A stretch of DNA of 59,989 nt from Candidatus Bathyarchaeia archaeon (GCA_049970895.1 JBMFMB010000008.1:1-59989), one strand, 5' to 3'. Shown: positions 18,665 through 29,899, counted from the first letter of the stretch. Notes: generated by a model not told the origin, from the sequence alone. Made by a program: numbers and translations.

Positions 18665-19180
18665 ATGAGTGCTAAAATTAAGCATTTTCCGGGCGAGGAA
18701 ATCGAGACGAAGGACTTCCGCGAGGGAAAAGTTCTCTTTGAGGCTTTCCGTCCAAAGGCTAGGTACGCGTGGAGCGCTGGCATAGCCATAAGCCGCTTCC
18801 TAGAAGAGCTTAAAAATGGGCGAATCATCGCTTCCACGTGCAACAAGTGCAAGCGCATAATGGTTCCGCCAAGGATTTATTGTGAAAAGTGCTTTAAGCC
18901 CACGGATGGATGGACTTTTGTGAGGGATACTGGCGTAATCAACACGTTTTCAGTCTCTTTTATAGCGGCTGATGCTTCTAGGCTTAAGGAGCCTATCGTT
19001 GTGGCTATCATAAACTTGGACGGCGCCTCAGAAGGAATGGGAATAGTCCACCGTATAGAGGAGTATGGCGACTGGAGAGGAATCAAAATTGGCATGCGGG
19101 TGAAAGCCGTCTGGAAACCGCCAGAGGAACGTGTCGGTGCCATCACAGACATCAAATACTTCAAGCCCATAAAGGAGTGA
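18665..19180 (+). CDS. DUF35 Zn-ribbon/OB-fold protein
   Basis: CNKC...PPRIYCEKC, GMRVKAVWKP...GAITDIKYFKP. Confidence 0.92.
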   Translation: MSAKIKHFPGEEIETKDFREGKVLFEAFRPKARYAWSAGIAISRFLEELKNGRIIASTCNKCKRIMVPPRIYCEKCFKPTDGWTFVRDTGVINTFSVSFIAADASRLKEPIVVAIINLDGASEGMGIVHRIEEYGDWRGIKIGMRVKAVWKPPEERVGAITDIKYFKPIKE

Positions 19181-19186
19181 AAAGCC

Positions 19187-19654
19187 ATGAGCCTTGAAAA
19201 GATAACAAACCCATTTAACGCCCGCCACTGGATAGGCCACATGGAGGCTGACTACCGCTACACGCTTGGCATAGCTGGAGAACGCTTCTTCAAAGAGATT
19301 AAGGAGAACGCCCGCATAATGGGAGCCAAATGCCCAGTCTGCAACGCAATCTTTGTTCCGCCGAGGCTTTACTGCGAAAAGTGTTTTGCAAAGCTTGAAG
19401 AGTGGGTTGATGTTGGCAAACGGGGCTACATTTACACATACACAATAGCCACAATAGACATAGACGGCAAAAAACTCGAAAAGCCCCAAATATACGCCCT
19501 AATAAAGTTTGAAGGCGCCCACGGCGGATTAATCCACAAAATAGGCGAAACGGATAAAGTCCAAATGGGAATGAAGGTTGAAGCAGTCTTCAAACCGCCA
19601 AACGAAAGGAAAGCCTCGATAAACGACATAGCCTACTTCAAACCAGCAGAATAG
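19187..19654 (+). CDS. DUF35 Zn-ribbon/OB-fold protein
   Basis: CPVC...PPRLYCEKC, GMKVEAVFKP...SINDIAYFKP. Confidence 0.92.
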   Translation: MSLEKITNPFNARHWIGHMEADYRYTLGIAGERFFKEIKENARIMGAKCPVCNAIFVPPRLYCEKCFAKLEEWVDVGKRGYIYTYTIATIDIDGKKLEKPQIYALIKFEGAHGGLIHKIGETDKVQMGMKVEAVFKPPNERKASINDIAYFKPAE

Positions 19655-19686
19655 CTCCCTTTTCATCCCCTTTTTCCTGTAGCATT

Positions 19687-20855
<1,169 letters not shown>

Positions 20856-20961
20856 GTACTTCACCAGCTTAACATTGTTTGATGACTTGTTGGAGAAATA
20901 ACTTTTTAGGCTTGACGCAGATATTTTAGACAAAACCACTTGTGTAGGAGTTTAGCCTATT

Positions 20962-22644
20962 ATGTTTGATAGGCAGAAAATTGAGGAAATAGCAAAGGAA
21001 AGGGAACGCTGGGAAAAGACAACGCTGCCCAACTGGATTAAGCAATGTCCAGAACGCCAAAAAGAGTTCAAAAACCATTCTGGCATGACGATTAAGGGTT
21101 TGTACACGCCTGAAGACATCAAAGAAATGGATTATATGCGGGATTTGGGGTTTCCGGGCGAATACCCCTTCACTAGAGGCTTGCATGCCACCATGTACCG
21201 TGGACGCCTATGGACAATGCGGATGTTCGCCGGCTACGGCACAGCAGAAGACACCAATAAGCGATTCAAATATTTGCTAAGCGAGGGCGAAACTGGATTA
21301 AGCACTGCTTTTGACTACCCAACAATTATGGGTTATGATTCAGATCACCCCATAGCAAGGGGCGAGGTTGGAGTATGCGGAGTAGCCATATCATCGCTTC
21401 AAGACATGGAAGTTTTGTTTGACGGCATACCACTGGACAAGGTTACAACCTCCATGACCATTAACGGTCCAGCAACAGTCTTGCTTGCCATGTATATTGC
21501 CGTGGGCGACAAACAAGGAGTCCCAAGGGAAAAGTTAGGCGGCACAACACAGAATGACAACCTAAAGGAGTTTTTCGCCCAAAAGCTCTGCATTTTCCCG
21601 CCACAACCCTCGCTGAAGCTCTCAGTTGACATAATAGAATACTGTGCTAGGCACCTGCCAAAATGGAATCCCATAAGCATTAGCGGCTACCACATTCGAG
21701 AGGCAGGCGCCACAGCCGTCCAAGAGTTGGCTTTCACGCTTTACGACGGAATAGCCTATGTTGAGGAAACCCTTAAGCGAGGCTTAAAGGTGGATGATTT
21801 CGCACCCCGCCTATCCTTCTTCTTCGCATCCCATAACGACTTCTTCGAGGAGATTGCCAAGTTCCGCGCTGCCAGACGCCTATGGGCTAGGATAATGAAG
21901 GAGCGTTTCCACGCGAAAAACCCGCGTTCCATGTGGATGCGGATGCACGTCCAGACCTCTGGATGCACATTAACAGCCCAGCAGCCCCTAAACAACATTG
22001 TCAGAACAACAATTCAGGCTTTAGCCGCAGTGCTCGGCGGAACTCAGTCACTACACACAAACTCCTTCGACGAGGCTTTATGCCTACCAACAGAAGAATC
22101 CGTAAGAGTGGCTCTCCGAACCCAGCAGATAATAGCCTACGAAAGCGGGGTAGCAAACACTGTGGACCCGCTTGCAGGCTCATACTACGTGGAGGCTTTA
22201 ACCAATGAGATGGAGGAGAAAGCCATGGAATACATCCAAAAAATCGACGACATGGGAGGGGTAATCCCAGCCATAGAGAAGGGCTTCTTCCAAAGGGAGA
22301 TAGCCGACAGCGCCTACAGATACCAGCGGGAAATAGAGGAGAAAAAGCGCATAATAGTGGGCGTAAACAAGTACGCAATAGAGGGCGAAGAAATCCCAGT
22401 TAAGCTTTTAAGGGTTGACCCAAGCGTTGAGAAAAAGCAGGTAGAGAGGCTTCAGAAACTGCGGAGGAAACGCGACAACAGAAAAGTTAAGGAAGTTCTT
22501 GAAAAACTCCATTATGCAGCAGAAAAGGATGAAAATCTCATGCCGACAATAATTGAGGCTGTTAAGGCTTATGCCACCCTAGGCGAAATAATGGATGTCC
22601 TTCGAAAAGTTTACGGAGAATACAAAGAGCTAATAATAATCTAA
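20962..22644 (+). CDS. B12-dependent acyl-CoA mutase, substrate-binding subunit (methylmalonyl-CoA mutase family; isobutyryl-CoA-mutase-type residues)
   Basis: [41 protein letters not shown]. Confidence 0.93.
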   Translation: MFDRQKIEEIAKERERWEKTTLPNWIKQCPERQKEFKNHSGMTIKGLYTPEDIKEMDYMRDLGFPGEYPFTRGLHATMYRGRLWTMRMFAGYGTAEDTNKRFKYLLSEGETGLSTAFDYPTIMGYDSDHPIARGEVGVCGVAISSLQDMEVLFDGIPLDKVTTSMTINGPATVLLAMYIAVGDKQGVPREKLGGTTQNDNLKEFFAQKLCIFPPQPSLKLSVDIIEYCARHLPKWNPISISGYHIREAGATAVQELAFTLYDGIAYVEETLKRGLKVDDFAPRLSFFFASHNDFFEEIAKFRAARRLWARIMKERFHAKNPRSMWMRMHVQTSGCTLTAQQPLNNIVRTTIQALAAVLGGTQSLHTNSFDEALCLPTEESVRVALRTQQIIAYESGVANTVDPLAGSYYVEALTNEMEEKAMEYIQKIDDMGGVIPAIEKGFFQREIADSAYRYQREIEEKKRIIVGVNKYAIEGEEIPVKLLRVDPSVEKKQVERLQKLRRKRDNRKVKEVLEKLHYAAEKDENLMPTIIEAVKAYATLGEIMDVLRKVYGEYKELIII

Positions 22645-22671
22645 AACCCAAAATATGTGGGAGGGGCAAGC

Positions 22672-23079
22672 ATGCAAAGTGAAAGAAAAATAAGAGTGTT
22701 AATAGCCAAACCAGGACTGGACAGCCATGACAGGGGTGCAAAAGTTGTTGCAAGAGCCCTAAGAGACGCTGGAATGGAGGTAATCTACACAGGGCTTAGG
22801 CAAACACCAGAACAAATAGTTGAAACAGCCCTGCAAGAGGACGTTGACGTCATAGGCTTAAGCATCTTGTCAGGGGCGCACATGGCACTTTTCCCAAGGA
22901 TAATGGAACTCCTAAAAGAGAAGGGCTTAACGGATGTTCTAGTGTTCGCTGGAGGCATAATCCCAGAGGAGGACATTCCAGAACTTAAGAAGATTGGGAT
23001 AAAAGAGGTTTTTGGACCTGGAACCTCGACGGAAACCATTATTAAATATGTGCTGGAGAACGCCCCGAAAAGAAGGTAG
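22672..23079 (+). CDS. Acyl-CoA mutase cobalamin-binding subunit
   Basis: DSHDRG (DxHxxG), SILSGAH, GGIIP. Confidence 0.95.
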   Translation: MQSERKIRVLIAKPGLDSHDRGAKVVARALRDAGMEVIYTGLRQTPEQIVETALQEDVDVIGLSILSGAHMALFPRIMELLKEKGLTDVLVFAGGIIPEEDIPELKKIGIKEVFGPGTSTETIIKYVLENAPKRR

Positions 23080-23096
23080 AATAGCCGGTAAAGCCA

Positions 23097-24044
23097 TTGC
23101 AAAAAATTGATGAAATAGCCAAAGGCGTGCTCGCCGGGGACAAGAGAAGCATAGCTAAAGCCATAACCATAGCCGAAAATAGCCTAGAAGAAGCCCAAAG
23201 CCTAATTGCAGCGATTTACCCTCACACTGGAAAAGCCCACATAATAGGCTTAACTGGCCCAGGAGGCGCTGGAAAAAGCACCCTAATAGAGAAAATGGTT
23301 CGAGAATATAGGCGAAGGGGCAAGACTGTCGGCGTAATAGCTGTTGACCCAACAAGCCCCTTCACAGGCGGAGCCTTCCTAGGCGACAGAATCCGCATGC
23401 AGGAGCTAACAACAGACAACGGCGTTTTCATCCGCAGTATGGCGACGAGAAACAATCCCGGAGGAATAGCAAAAGCCACAAAGGACGCTGTAAAAATATT
23501 AGACGCCTCTGGGAAAGACGTGATAATTGTTGAAACCGTTGGCGCTGGACAGTCAGAAGTTGACATAATCAAAGTGGCACAGACAATAATAGTTATCCAT
23601 GCTCCCGGGCTCGGCGACGAGATTCAAGCCATAAAGGCTGGGATGATGGAGATTGCCGACATATTCGTCGTCAACAAGGCTGATCGTGAAAACGCCGACA
23701 AAACCGTGATGGATATTCAAGCTATGCTGCAGTTGAACAACAAGGAGAAGGCTTGGACGCCACCAATAATAAAGACAGTGGCCCTCACGGGTGAGGGTGT
23801 TCCACAACTTATAGAGAAGATAGATGAGCATTGGCAGTATCTCCAGAAGGGGGTGCTCCACAAAAGGAGTTGGGAAAAGGCTGAGGCGGAACTTGTTGAA
23901 GCCATAAAAGAGAAAGTGACAAGCTCAATAATTGAGAAGTTGAAGCGGGAGAAACGCTTCGAGGAGATTTTAAGGCAGATTGTTAATCGCGAAATAGACC
24001 CAGCTTCAGCCGCCGAAAAACTCCTAAACCAAATTTTGGAGTAA
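23097..24044 (+). CDS. meaB: MeaB/ArgK GTPase chaperone of B12 mutases
   Basis: GPGGAGKST, AVDPTSPFTGGAFLGDRIRM, ETVGAGQSE, NKAD. Confidence 0.95.
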   Translation: MQKIDEIAKGVLAGDKRSIAKAITIAENSLEEAQSLIAAIYPHTGKAHIIGLTGPGGAGKSTLIEKMVREYRRRGKTVGVIAVDPTSPFTGGAFLGDRIRMQELTTDNGVFIRSMATRNNPGGIAKATKDAVKILDASGKDVIIVETVGAGQSEVDIIKVAQTIIVIHAPGLGDEIQAIKAGMMEIADIFVVNKADRENADKTVMDIQAMLQLNNKEKAWTPPIIKTVALTGEGVPQLIEKIDEHWQYLQKGVLHKRSWEKAEAELVEAIKEKVTSSIIEKLKREKRFEEILRQIVNREIDPASAAEKLLNQILE

Positions 24045-24051
24045 ACGCTAA

Positions 24052-24582
24052 ATGCCGAAGCTTGAGAAGGGTCTTGTGCAAGTTTACACCGGAGACGGGA
24101 AGGGCAAAACATCGGCAGCCTTTGGACTGGCTTTGAGGGCAATAGGCAGAGGGTTAAAAGTTTACATTATACAGTTTATTAAGGGCGGCTTCGATTACGG
24201 AGAACTCTATGTTGTGGACAAGCTTCCAAATTTGACGCTGAAAGCCTTTGGAAGGGGAAAATTTGTGACAGAGCACCCCCCATCAGAGACGGATGTTAGG
24301 CTTGCAGAGGAGGCCTTCCAACTGGCTGAGAAAATTGTTAAAAGCGGGGAATACGACTTGGTCATACTTGACGAGGTCAATGTGGCTTTAAACCTCAAAC
24401 TTATAAGCATAGAAAAAGTTTTGGAGCTTATAAGAAGTAAGCCGAAACATGTGGAACTTGTTTTAACTGGACGCTATGCACCAAAGGAGATCATTGATGT
24501 CGCAGACCTTGTCACAGAAATGCAGGAGGTTAAGCACCCCTATAAAAGGGGTTGCCAGGCTAGGGAGGGGATAGACTTTTGA
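24052..24582 (+). CDS. cobO: Cob(I)alamin adenosyltransferase (CobA/CobO/BtuR type)
   Basis: YTGDGKGKT, QFIKG, ILDE, LTGR, KHP. Confidence 0.95.
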   Translation: MPKLEKGLVQVYTGDGKGKTSAAFGLALRAIGRGLKVYIIQFIKGGFDYGELYVVDKLPNLTLKAFGRGKFVTEHPPSETDVRLAEEAFQLAEKIVKSGEYDLVILDEVNVALNLKLISIEKVLELIRSKPKHVELVLTGRYAPKEIIDVADLVTEMQEVKHPYKRGCQAREGIDF

Positions 24583-25214
24583 AGAGGACGACAAAAGCTG
24601 AAAAAGAAGCGAGGCGAAGTTTTTCAGAAGTGGTAAAGACTCCATGGATTAGGTCCGCCACAATCGTCGGGCTGATTTTTCTCGCCGTAGGGTTGGCTGC
24701 AATATTCGCCTTTAAAGCTGTAAATATTGGAAGTTTCCAAATAATTTCGGACGTGAAGGCTTTTGCAAGGGATTATGGCATTTTAGGCGTTTTCCTCGCC
24801 ACCATACTTGCTGGAACAGTCGTTCCATTGGGAAGCCCTGCACTCGTGGTGGCAGCAGCATCTTTGGGGATTCATCCAATACCGCTGGTGGTTGCTGCAA
24901 CGACAGGGTTTACAATAGGCATGACAATAAACTATTACATGGCTTATCGCTTAGGACGCTCTTATGTCGCCCGAAAATTTGGAGCTGAAAAACTTGAGGA
25001 AGCCACAATTTTATGGAGCCGTTGGGGATGGATTCTTTACGTCATTTTCGGTTTAATCCCATTCATGCCAGTAGAGTTCTTGGCATTCATCTGCGGACTT
25101 TTGAAGGCAAGCATCAAAACCTTTCTCGTTTTGAGTTTTACGCCTAGGCTGATAGTTTTCGCCTTCCTCGCGTATTTTGGAGAAGCCATAGGCAGCTGGA
25201 TTGGGATAATCTAG
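24579..25214 (+). CDS. DedA/VTT (YqaA-like) membrane protein
   Basis: Multiple TM segments; GFTIGMTINYYMAYRLG, GLIPFMP, PRL. Confidence 0.8.
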   Translation: MKRTTKAEKEARRSFSEVVKTPWIRSATIVGLIFLAVGLAAIFAFKAVNIGSFQIISDVKAFARDYGILGVFLATILAGTVVPLGSPALVVAAASLGIHPIPLVVAATTGFTIGMTINYYMAYRLGRSYVARKFGAEKLEEATILWSRWGWILYVIFGLIPFMPVEFLAFICGLLKASIKTFLVLSFTPRLIVFAFLAYFGEAIGSWIGII

Positions 25215-25229
25215 GCTTTAGGCGGACTG

Positions 25230-25469
25230 CTACTTTCTTATTGGTGGTGGAACAGCAATCAAAGTTTGTGTGCGATGGACACCCCTAATCTGCTGAACCT
25301 TCTCAATTATTCTTCCAAGCTCCTCAACCTTGGCAAACTCCACATAGACAACAGCGTCAAACTGTCCAGTCACGGCATGAGCCATCTTAACACCTTCAAT
25401 TTTTAGGGCTGCCTCCGCAACTTCCCAAATCATACCAGGCTCAGCATTTATCAAAATATAGGCTTCCAA
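25230..25469 (-). CDS. Stand-alone Lrp/AsnC ligand-binding (RAM) domain
   Basis: AYILIN...AHAVTGQFDAVV...GVHRTQTLI; no HTH. Confidence 0.88.
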   Translation of the reverse strand: MEAYILINAEPGMIWEVAEAALKIEGVKMAHAVTGQFDAVVYVEFAKVEELGRIIEKVQQIRGVHRTQTLIAVPPPIRK

Positions 25470-25594
25470 CCTTCACCCTCCTACACTGTTAAAGTAGCCG
25501 GTTAAACATAAAAAACTTGGGAAAGCTTTACAAGAAATGAAGATGATGAAACATGCAAAAGAGACAGAGAGCGACAAAAAGTGGTTTATAGGGG

Positions 25595-26212
25595 TTAGGC
25601 TTGTTCTTGCTTGGGGCGTTTCATGAGGAAGTTTTTGAGGGCCCTTCTTATCTCCTTTAATGTTAGTATTCTTTGCTGGAATTCTGGTTTGAAGGGGTGG
25701 GTTTCACTTTCAAGGAGCTCTTTTAAGCGGGCGTAGTAGGCTTCAAACTCTTCTGGCGTGTTGCTTTTGAACTTGAAGATGGCTATTTCACCTTTCGGGT
25801 TTTCCCATCGCTTGTCATAAGCGTCTATAGGGCGTGCGGTGCCAAAACGCTCAAGGCTTCTCTTAATTAGGATTTCCTTATCAACGTTGAGAACTATTAG
25901 GAGGCTGTTGACGGGTGAAACTTTTGATGTTAATAGGAAGTTGCGGGTAACATTGTCTGGGGCTGTTGAGTCAATTATGACACTGTAGCCCTTCTTTAGG
26001 AGCGCGTCCCGCATTTCGGCAATAAGGGAATAAACGAGAAATTCGTCGCGGCATGGGAAACCCTCATAAAAGAGCATCTGCCTCAACTCGTCAACACCTA
26101 TTCTTGCTAGGTACGGGTAATCGGTGACAAGCCTTTTAGCAAGCATGGTTTTGCCAGAACCCGGATAACCGCTTAAAACGATTAGCCATAAACCTTTAAG
26201 GCCGCCGCTCAT
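25595..26212 (-). CDS. P-loop kinase (AAA_33-like)
   Basis: Walker A GYPGSGKT, DELR, VIIDST. Confidence 0.8.
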   Translation of the reverse strand: MSGGLKGLWLIVLSGYPGSGKTMLAKRLVTDYPYLARIGVDELRQMLFYEGFPCRDEFLVYSLIAEMRDALLKKGYSVIIDSTAPDNVTRNFLLTSKVSPVNSLLIVLNVDKEILIKRSLERFGTARPIDAYDKRWENPKGEIAIFKFKSNTPEEFEAYYARLKELLESETHPFKPEFQQRILTLKEIRRALKNFLMKRPKQEQA

Positions 26213-26312
26213 ATCTCACCTTTAATGGTTATCCGCTAATTAAGGCTTAAACTTCAGAGATAATTAAGGTGTCCTCAAAATTAGGGAGCAAAGAAAGGAA
26301 AAGGAGTAAAGC

Positions 26313-27362
26313 CTAAGCGAGTTTTTCTCCACAGTTTGGACAGAACTTGGCTCCGGCTTGGACTTCGCTTCCACACTTTGAACATTTAACTGTTGACTGC
26401 AGTGGGCTTCCACAGTTTAGACAAAACTTGGCTCCGGCAGGGTTTGATGCCCCACATTTTGGACAGTTAACTCCACCAGCTGGCTGCTGCAGTGACGCGC
26501 CACAGTTGCTGCAGAACTTTGCCGTCTGTGGATTTTGGAAATTACATTTTGGACATAACACCATAGGCACTGCTGGCGTTGGCGCCGGTGCTGGCTGAAG
26601 CACCTGTGGAAGAATCACCGCGCCGGCTCCCACAGCGGCGCCGGGACTTTTTGATAGGCTTTCAGCTGACTTTTGGACGGTTTCCATCCTTAGAACTTCA
26701 GTTGCTGCAACACCAGTCTTCACGTAGAATAGCCTATCTCTCCATTCCGGTGTTGTGTCAATTCCCTCAAATTTGACGTCTATCAGTTCAAGTCCTATCC
26801 TTGAAAAGGCGTCGAAGAGGGCGTTTTTAGCCACGAGGCTTGTTTCGTCAAGCTTCCCATAAACCTCTGCAAGGGAGTACTGGCTTAAAGTGTCAATAAG
26901 CCTCTCGTTGAAGTAGCCCCTCAAAAAGTCTTGAAGCTTGTCTGTTGTGAAGACGCCTTGCCCGCCAACCACCTCGTTCACGAAGAGGTTTGGCTCCTCA
27001 ACCCTAAACCAGAAGCTTCCAAAGAACTTTATTGGGGCAAGTTCCTTCGTCTGGCTTTGAGCCCCAAACCTTCCCTGAAACTGTTTAAGGGATACGAAGA
27101 CCACAGTGCATCTGAAGGGAACTTTTTCAAAACCTGCAATTTTGGACAAAACCTTTGTGAGGAGCGGAAGATTCGCTGTTGTTAAAACGTGGCGTCCAGC
27201 CCTAAAAACGTCGTAGGCTTTCCCATCTCTGAAGAAGACTGCAGCCTCATACTCATGGACTATTAGGTTGTCTCCCCAAGCTATCTCCTCATTTGGATAT
27301 TTCCAAACAATGTCTTCTTCCCTCGCAGCAACCCACTCAATAACTTTTGGCATAAACTTCAC
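26313..27362 (-). CDS. SPFH (YdjI-like) domain protein with C-terminal double zinc ribbons
   Basis: LIVHEYEAAVFFRDGK, GRHVLTTANLP; three CxxC...AKFCxxCG repeats. Confidence 0.9.
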   Translation of the reverse strand: MKFMPKVIEWVAAREEDIVWKYPNEEIAWGDNLIVHEYEAAVFFRDGKAYDVFRAGRHVLTTANLPLLTKVLSKIAGFEKVPFRCTVVFVSLKQFQGRFGAQSQTKELAPIKFFGSFWFRVEEPNLFVNEVVGGQGVFTTDKLQDFLRGYFNERLIDTLSQYSLAEVYGKLDETSLVAKNALFDAFSRIGLELIDVKFEGIDTTPEWRDRLFYVKTGVAATEVLRMETVQKSAESLSKSPGAAVGAGAVILPQVLQPAPAPTPAVPMVLCPKCNFQNPQTAKFCSNCGASLQQPAGGVNCPKCGASNPAGAKFCLNCGSPLQSTVKCSKCGSEVQAGAKFCPNCGEKLA

Positions 27363-27367
27363 CTCCT

Positions 27368-27904
27368 CTAACCCTGCAAACCCTTTAGGATTTCAGCTCT
27401 CTGGTCAATCAGCCTATCCAACTCCTCAACCTTTGATGTTAAATTGTCCATGGCTTGTCTCCACTCGCCTCCGCCAACCTCCATCTTGACCAGTTTTTCA
27501 GCATCAGACCTTATGGATTGAGCCTTCTCAATGAGATTTGCATCAGCTTGAAGAACTTGGTCAAGCTTATCCTCCCGCACCTTAACAGCGTCAAACATTC
27601 CAGCATAACCGGCAACAGCCCTATCTATCCTTTGGGTTACCCTGTCAAGACGTGATAAAAGTGCATCATACCTGTAAGTGTCTTCACCAGAAAGCCTTTG
27701 GGCAACCGTCGGGTTTGCAAAGCTCCTCCTAAAAATCATTTTCGCATCCTTAAGCCTGTTTACAACCTCCATACGGACGAGGCGGTCGCTTTCCCTCCGC
27801 AGTTCTTTCTCTTTGTATCCTCTATAGCCAGGGATGTAGCTCATGATTCGCTCTAATAGGCTTCTTTCCTTGCGAACCTTTTCCAAATACTCTTTTCCGC
27901 TCAT
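27368..27904 (-). CDS. Conserved helical hypothetical protein
   Basis: IPGYRGYKEKELRRESDRLVR; 5 nt from the SPFH gene. Confidence 0.8.
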   Translation of the reverse strand: MSGKEYLEKVRKERSLLERIMSYIPGYRGYKEKELRRESDRLVRMEVVNRLKDAKMIFRRSFANPTVAQRLSGEDTYRYDALLSRLDRVTQRIDRAVAGYAGMFDAVKVREDKLDQVLQADANLIEKAQSIRSDAEKLVKMEVGGGEWRQAMDNLTSKVEELDRLIDQRAEILKGLQG

Positions 27905-28266
27905 TATTTACCCCTTTTGTAGGCAGCTATACCTATGACAGCGATTATAATTAAAAGTATCCCCAGAACCAGAAGTGGCGGCACCACAGTATACGTAGCT
28001 GAAATAACACCGATGCATGTCATGACAACTCCCCAGACAAGATAGTAGACGGGGTCTTTGCGGTTGAAAAAGGCGTAAAACAAAGTGTATACACCAAGAG
28101 GAATAAAAATCCAAGCCAGAAGGTTAATGATGTCGAAGGGAATAATGTTAATGCCGTAGATAACTGCAGCTAAGCCTAAAGAAATAACAAGAACAGCGAG
28201 GGCGCCTGCGCCATAGCCAAAAGCATTCCCTTTAGACTCCAACATACTTTCCTCCAATATCGGCAT
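27904..28266 (-). CDS. Four-TM membrane protein
   Basis: Four hydrophobic segments; 1-nt overlap with the downstream gene. Confidence 0.75.
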   Translation of the reverse strand: MPILEESMLESKGNAFGYGAGALAVLVISLGLAAVIYGINIIPFDIINLLAWIFIPLGVYTLFYAFFNRKDPVYYLVWGVVMTCIGVISATYTVVPPLLVLGILLIIIAVIGIAAYKRGK

Positions 28267-28324
28267 GCTTATTCTCTAAAATCGCCCTATTAAAGTTTCA
28301 GAAAAATGTGGTTTCGCAGCTCGC

Positions 28325-29017
28325 TTATTTTAGGATTAGCGGATAAACCTCTTTAGTCACGTATTCTAGGTATTTCTCTTTGTCTGTCAAGTTAAATATT
28401 GTTACTGAGGCGTCTCTGGTTATGCCAACAACGTAGCCGTACTCCCTTGACCTTGCCACTATGTACCATAGGTCTCCGTGCTTACAGTAATCCTCAAAAA
28501 GCGAAGTGTTCACCAAGTCTGGTCCATAAAGGGAAAGCTTATTCACATTTGGAATATCAACATTATCGAAAAACGTGATTTTTGTGTCCTCTGGGTTTTT
28601 CAGGTGGAACTCGCGGAGGGTTTCAGGCGGTATACGGGCTTCCACTACTCCGCCAACACGGTCGAAGAGAATTTCGCTGAGCTTGTTGGCTATGAAGTTG
28701 GCTAGGCGCTTCTTCTCAACAACCGTCAAAAACGTGACATCTTCCATTTTGGAAAAGCTGAAGAGGGCTTCAACCGTGTGAGGTAGGGGCGCAACCTTCC
28801 CCCTGTGGAAGACGTGGATTATGTAGTCGTGGGAATATACACCCCTAAGCATGTTCTCTTCTGGTTTTGGCAAAAGGCCCACAACCTCGGTTACAAGCGT
28901 AAACTTGTAGTCGCCCTCTTCGTAGGATTCTTCAACACGGTAGCCACTAAGCCTTGAAGCAACCTCATCCAGTGGAAGCGGTTCTGAAAGCCTAAAAACC
29001 TTGCCAGCGACAACCAT
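28325..29017 (-). CDS. Hypothetical protein (alpha/beta)
   Basis: 230-aa ORF, normal composition, co-oriented with the SPFH operon. Confidence 0.75.
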   Translation of the reverse strand: MVVAGKVFRLSEPLPLDEVASRLSGYRVEESYEEGDYKFTLVTEVVGLLPKPEENMLRGVYSHDYIIHVFHRGKVAPLPHTVEALFSFSKMEDVTFLTVVEKKRLANFIANKLSEILFDRVGGVVEARIPPETLREFHLKNPEDTKITFFDNVDIPNVNKLSLYGPDLVNTSLFEDYCKHGDLWYIVARSREYGYVVGITRDASVTIFNLTDKEKYLEYVTKEVYPLILK

Positions 29018-29114
29018 TTAGCATCGCCAAACACCTATAATACGCGTTGAGACTAAAGTCTTACGCTTGAAGCTTGGAACATTTATATCATTTGCCAACC
29101 TAAAATAGATAGTT

Positions 29115-29669
29115 ATGAGCTACATACCAGAACAGGTTAAGCTTTGCTTAAGGGATTTAGTTGAAAGGTTTAAAAGAAATAGGATAAAGTATGTGGTCGT
29201 CGGTGCTTTGCCAGTACATTTTTATGGTAGACCAAGAACCTCGGCGGACATAGACATTGTTCCCATTTCACACATTTCTAGGGAGAAGCTAAAGGCAATT
29301 TTGGCGGATAGGTACACCTTGTATTACAATGGAAAGATTGTGATGAGGTTTATTGACAGCGTAACAAGAGTGGGAGTGGATATCCTTCTCTCGCTAAGCA
29401 CTGCTGGCCTTAGCCGAAAATCATTGAAAAGGCTTAGAAGGGTTGACATTGATGGTGCGCAGATAAACATTCCATGCCCAGAAGACTACATAATAACCAA
29501 GCTGAAAGCGAGGAGACCAGACACCTTTGACTTCGCTGATGTCATGTCAGTGCTTTTAAACATGCGGGAGCAAATAGATTGGAAATACTTAACGAATAGG
29601 GCTAAAGAGGAAGGCTTGGCACATCTTATAAAGTATTATCGGGATGGATTAAAATGGAAGACAAGTTAA
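29115..29669 (+). CDS. Nucleotidyltransferase, AbiEii/DUF6036-like
   Basis: VVGALPVHFYGRPRTSADIDI, PEDYIITKL, DFADV. Confidence 0.8.
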   Translation: MSYIPEQVKLCLRDLVERFKRNRIKYVVVGALPVHFYGRPRTSADIDIVPISHISREKLKAILADRYTLYYNGKIVMRFIDSVTRVGVDILLSLSTAGLSRKSLKRLRRVDIDGAQINIPCPEDYIITKLKARRPDTFDFADVMSVLLNMREQIDWKYLTNRAKEEGLAHLIKYYRDGLKWKTS

Positions 29670-29899
29670 AAGCGCCGATTTATAGGGATGGTACGCTTTT
29701 CTGCCCATATTGCCGCTCACCGCTTTTAACGGTTGAGGAAACCCACTTTAGGTTTAAATGTGCAGTTTGCCAAAAACCCCTCGGAAAACTTTCTGTGGCA
29801 ACTTTGAAGAAGATGTTTGATGATTTCCCAAAGGAGCTAGCCAAAGAATGGATGCTTGAAATGGAGGTAAGGAAAAAGCTCAGCCAAAACAAACTCTAA
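29654..29899 (+). CDS. Small zinc-finger protein
   Basis: CPYC...CAVC; overlaps the NTase. Confidence 0.7.
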   Translation: MEDKLKAPIYRDGTLFCPYCRSPLLTVEETHFRFKCAVCQKPLGKLSVATLKKMFDDFPKELAKEWMLEMEVRKKLSQNKL

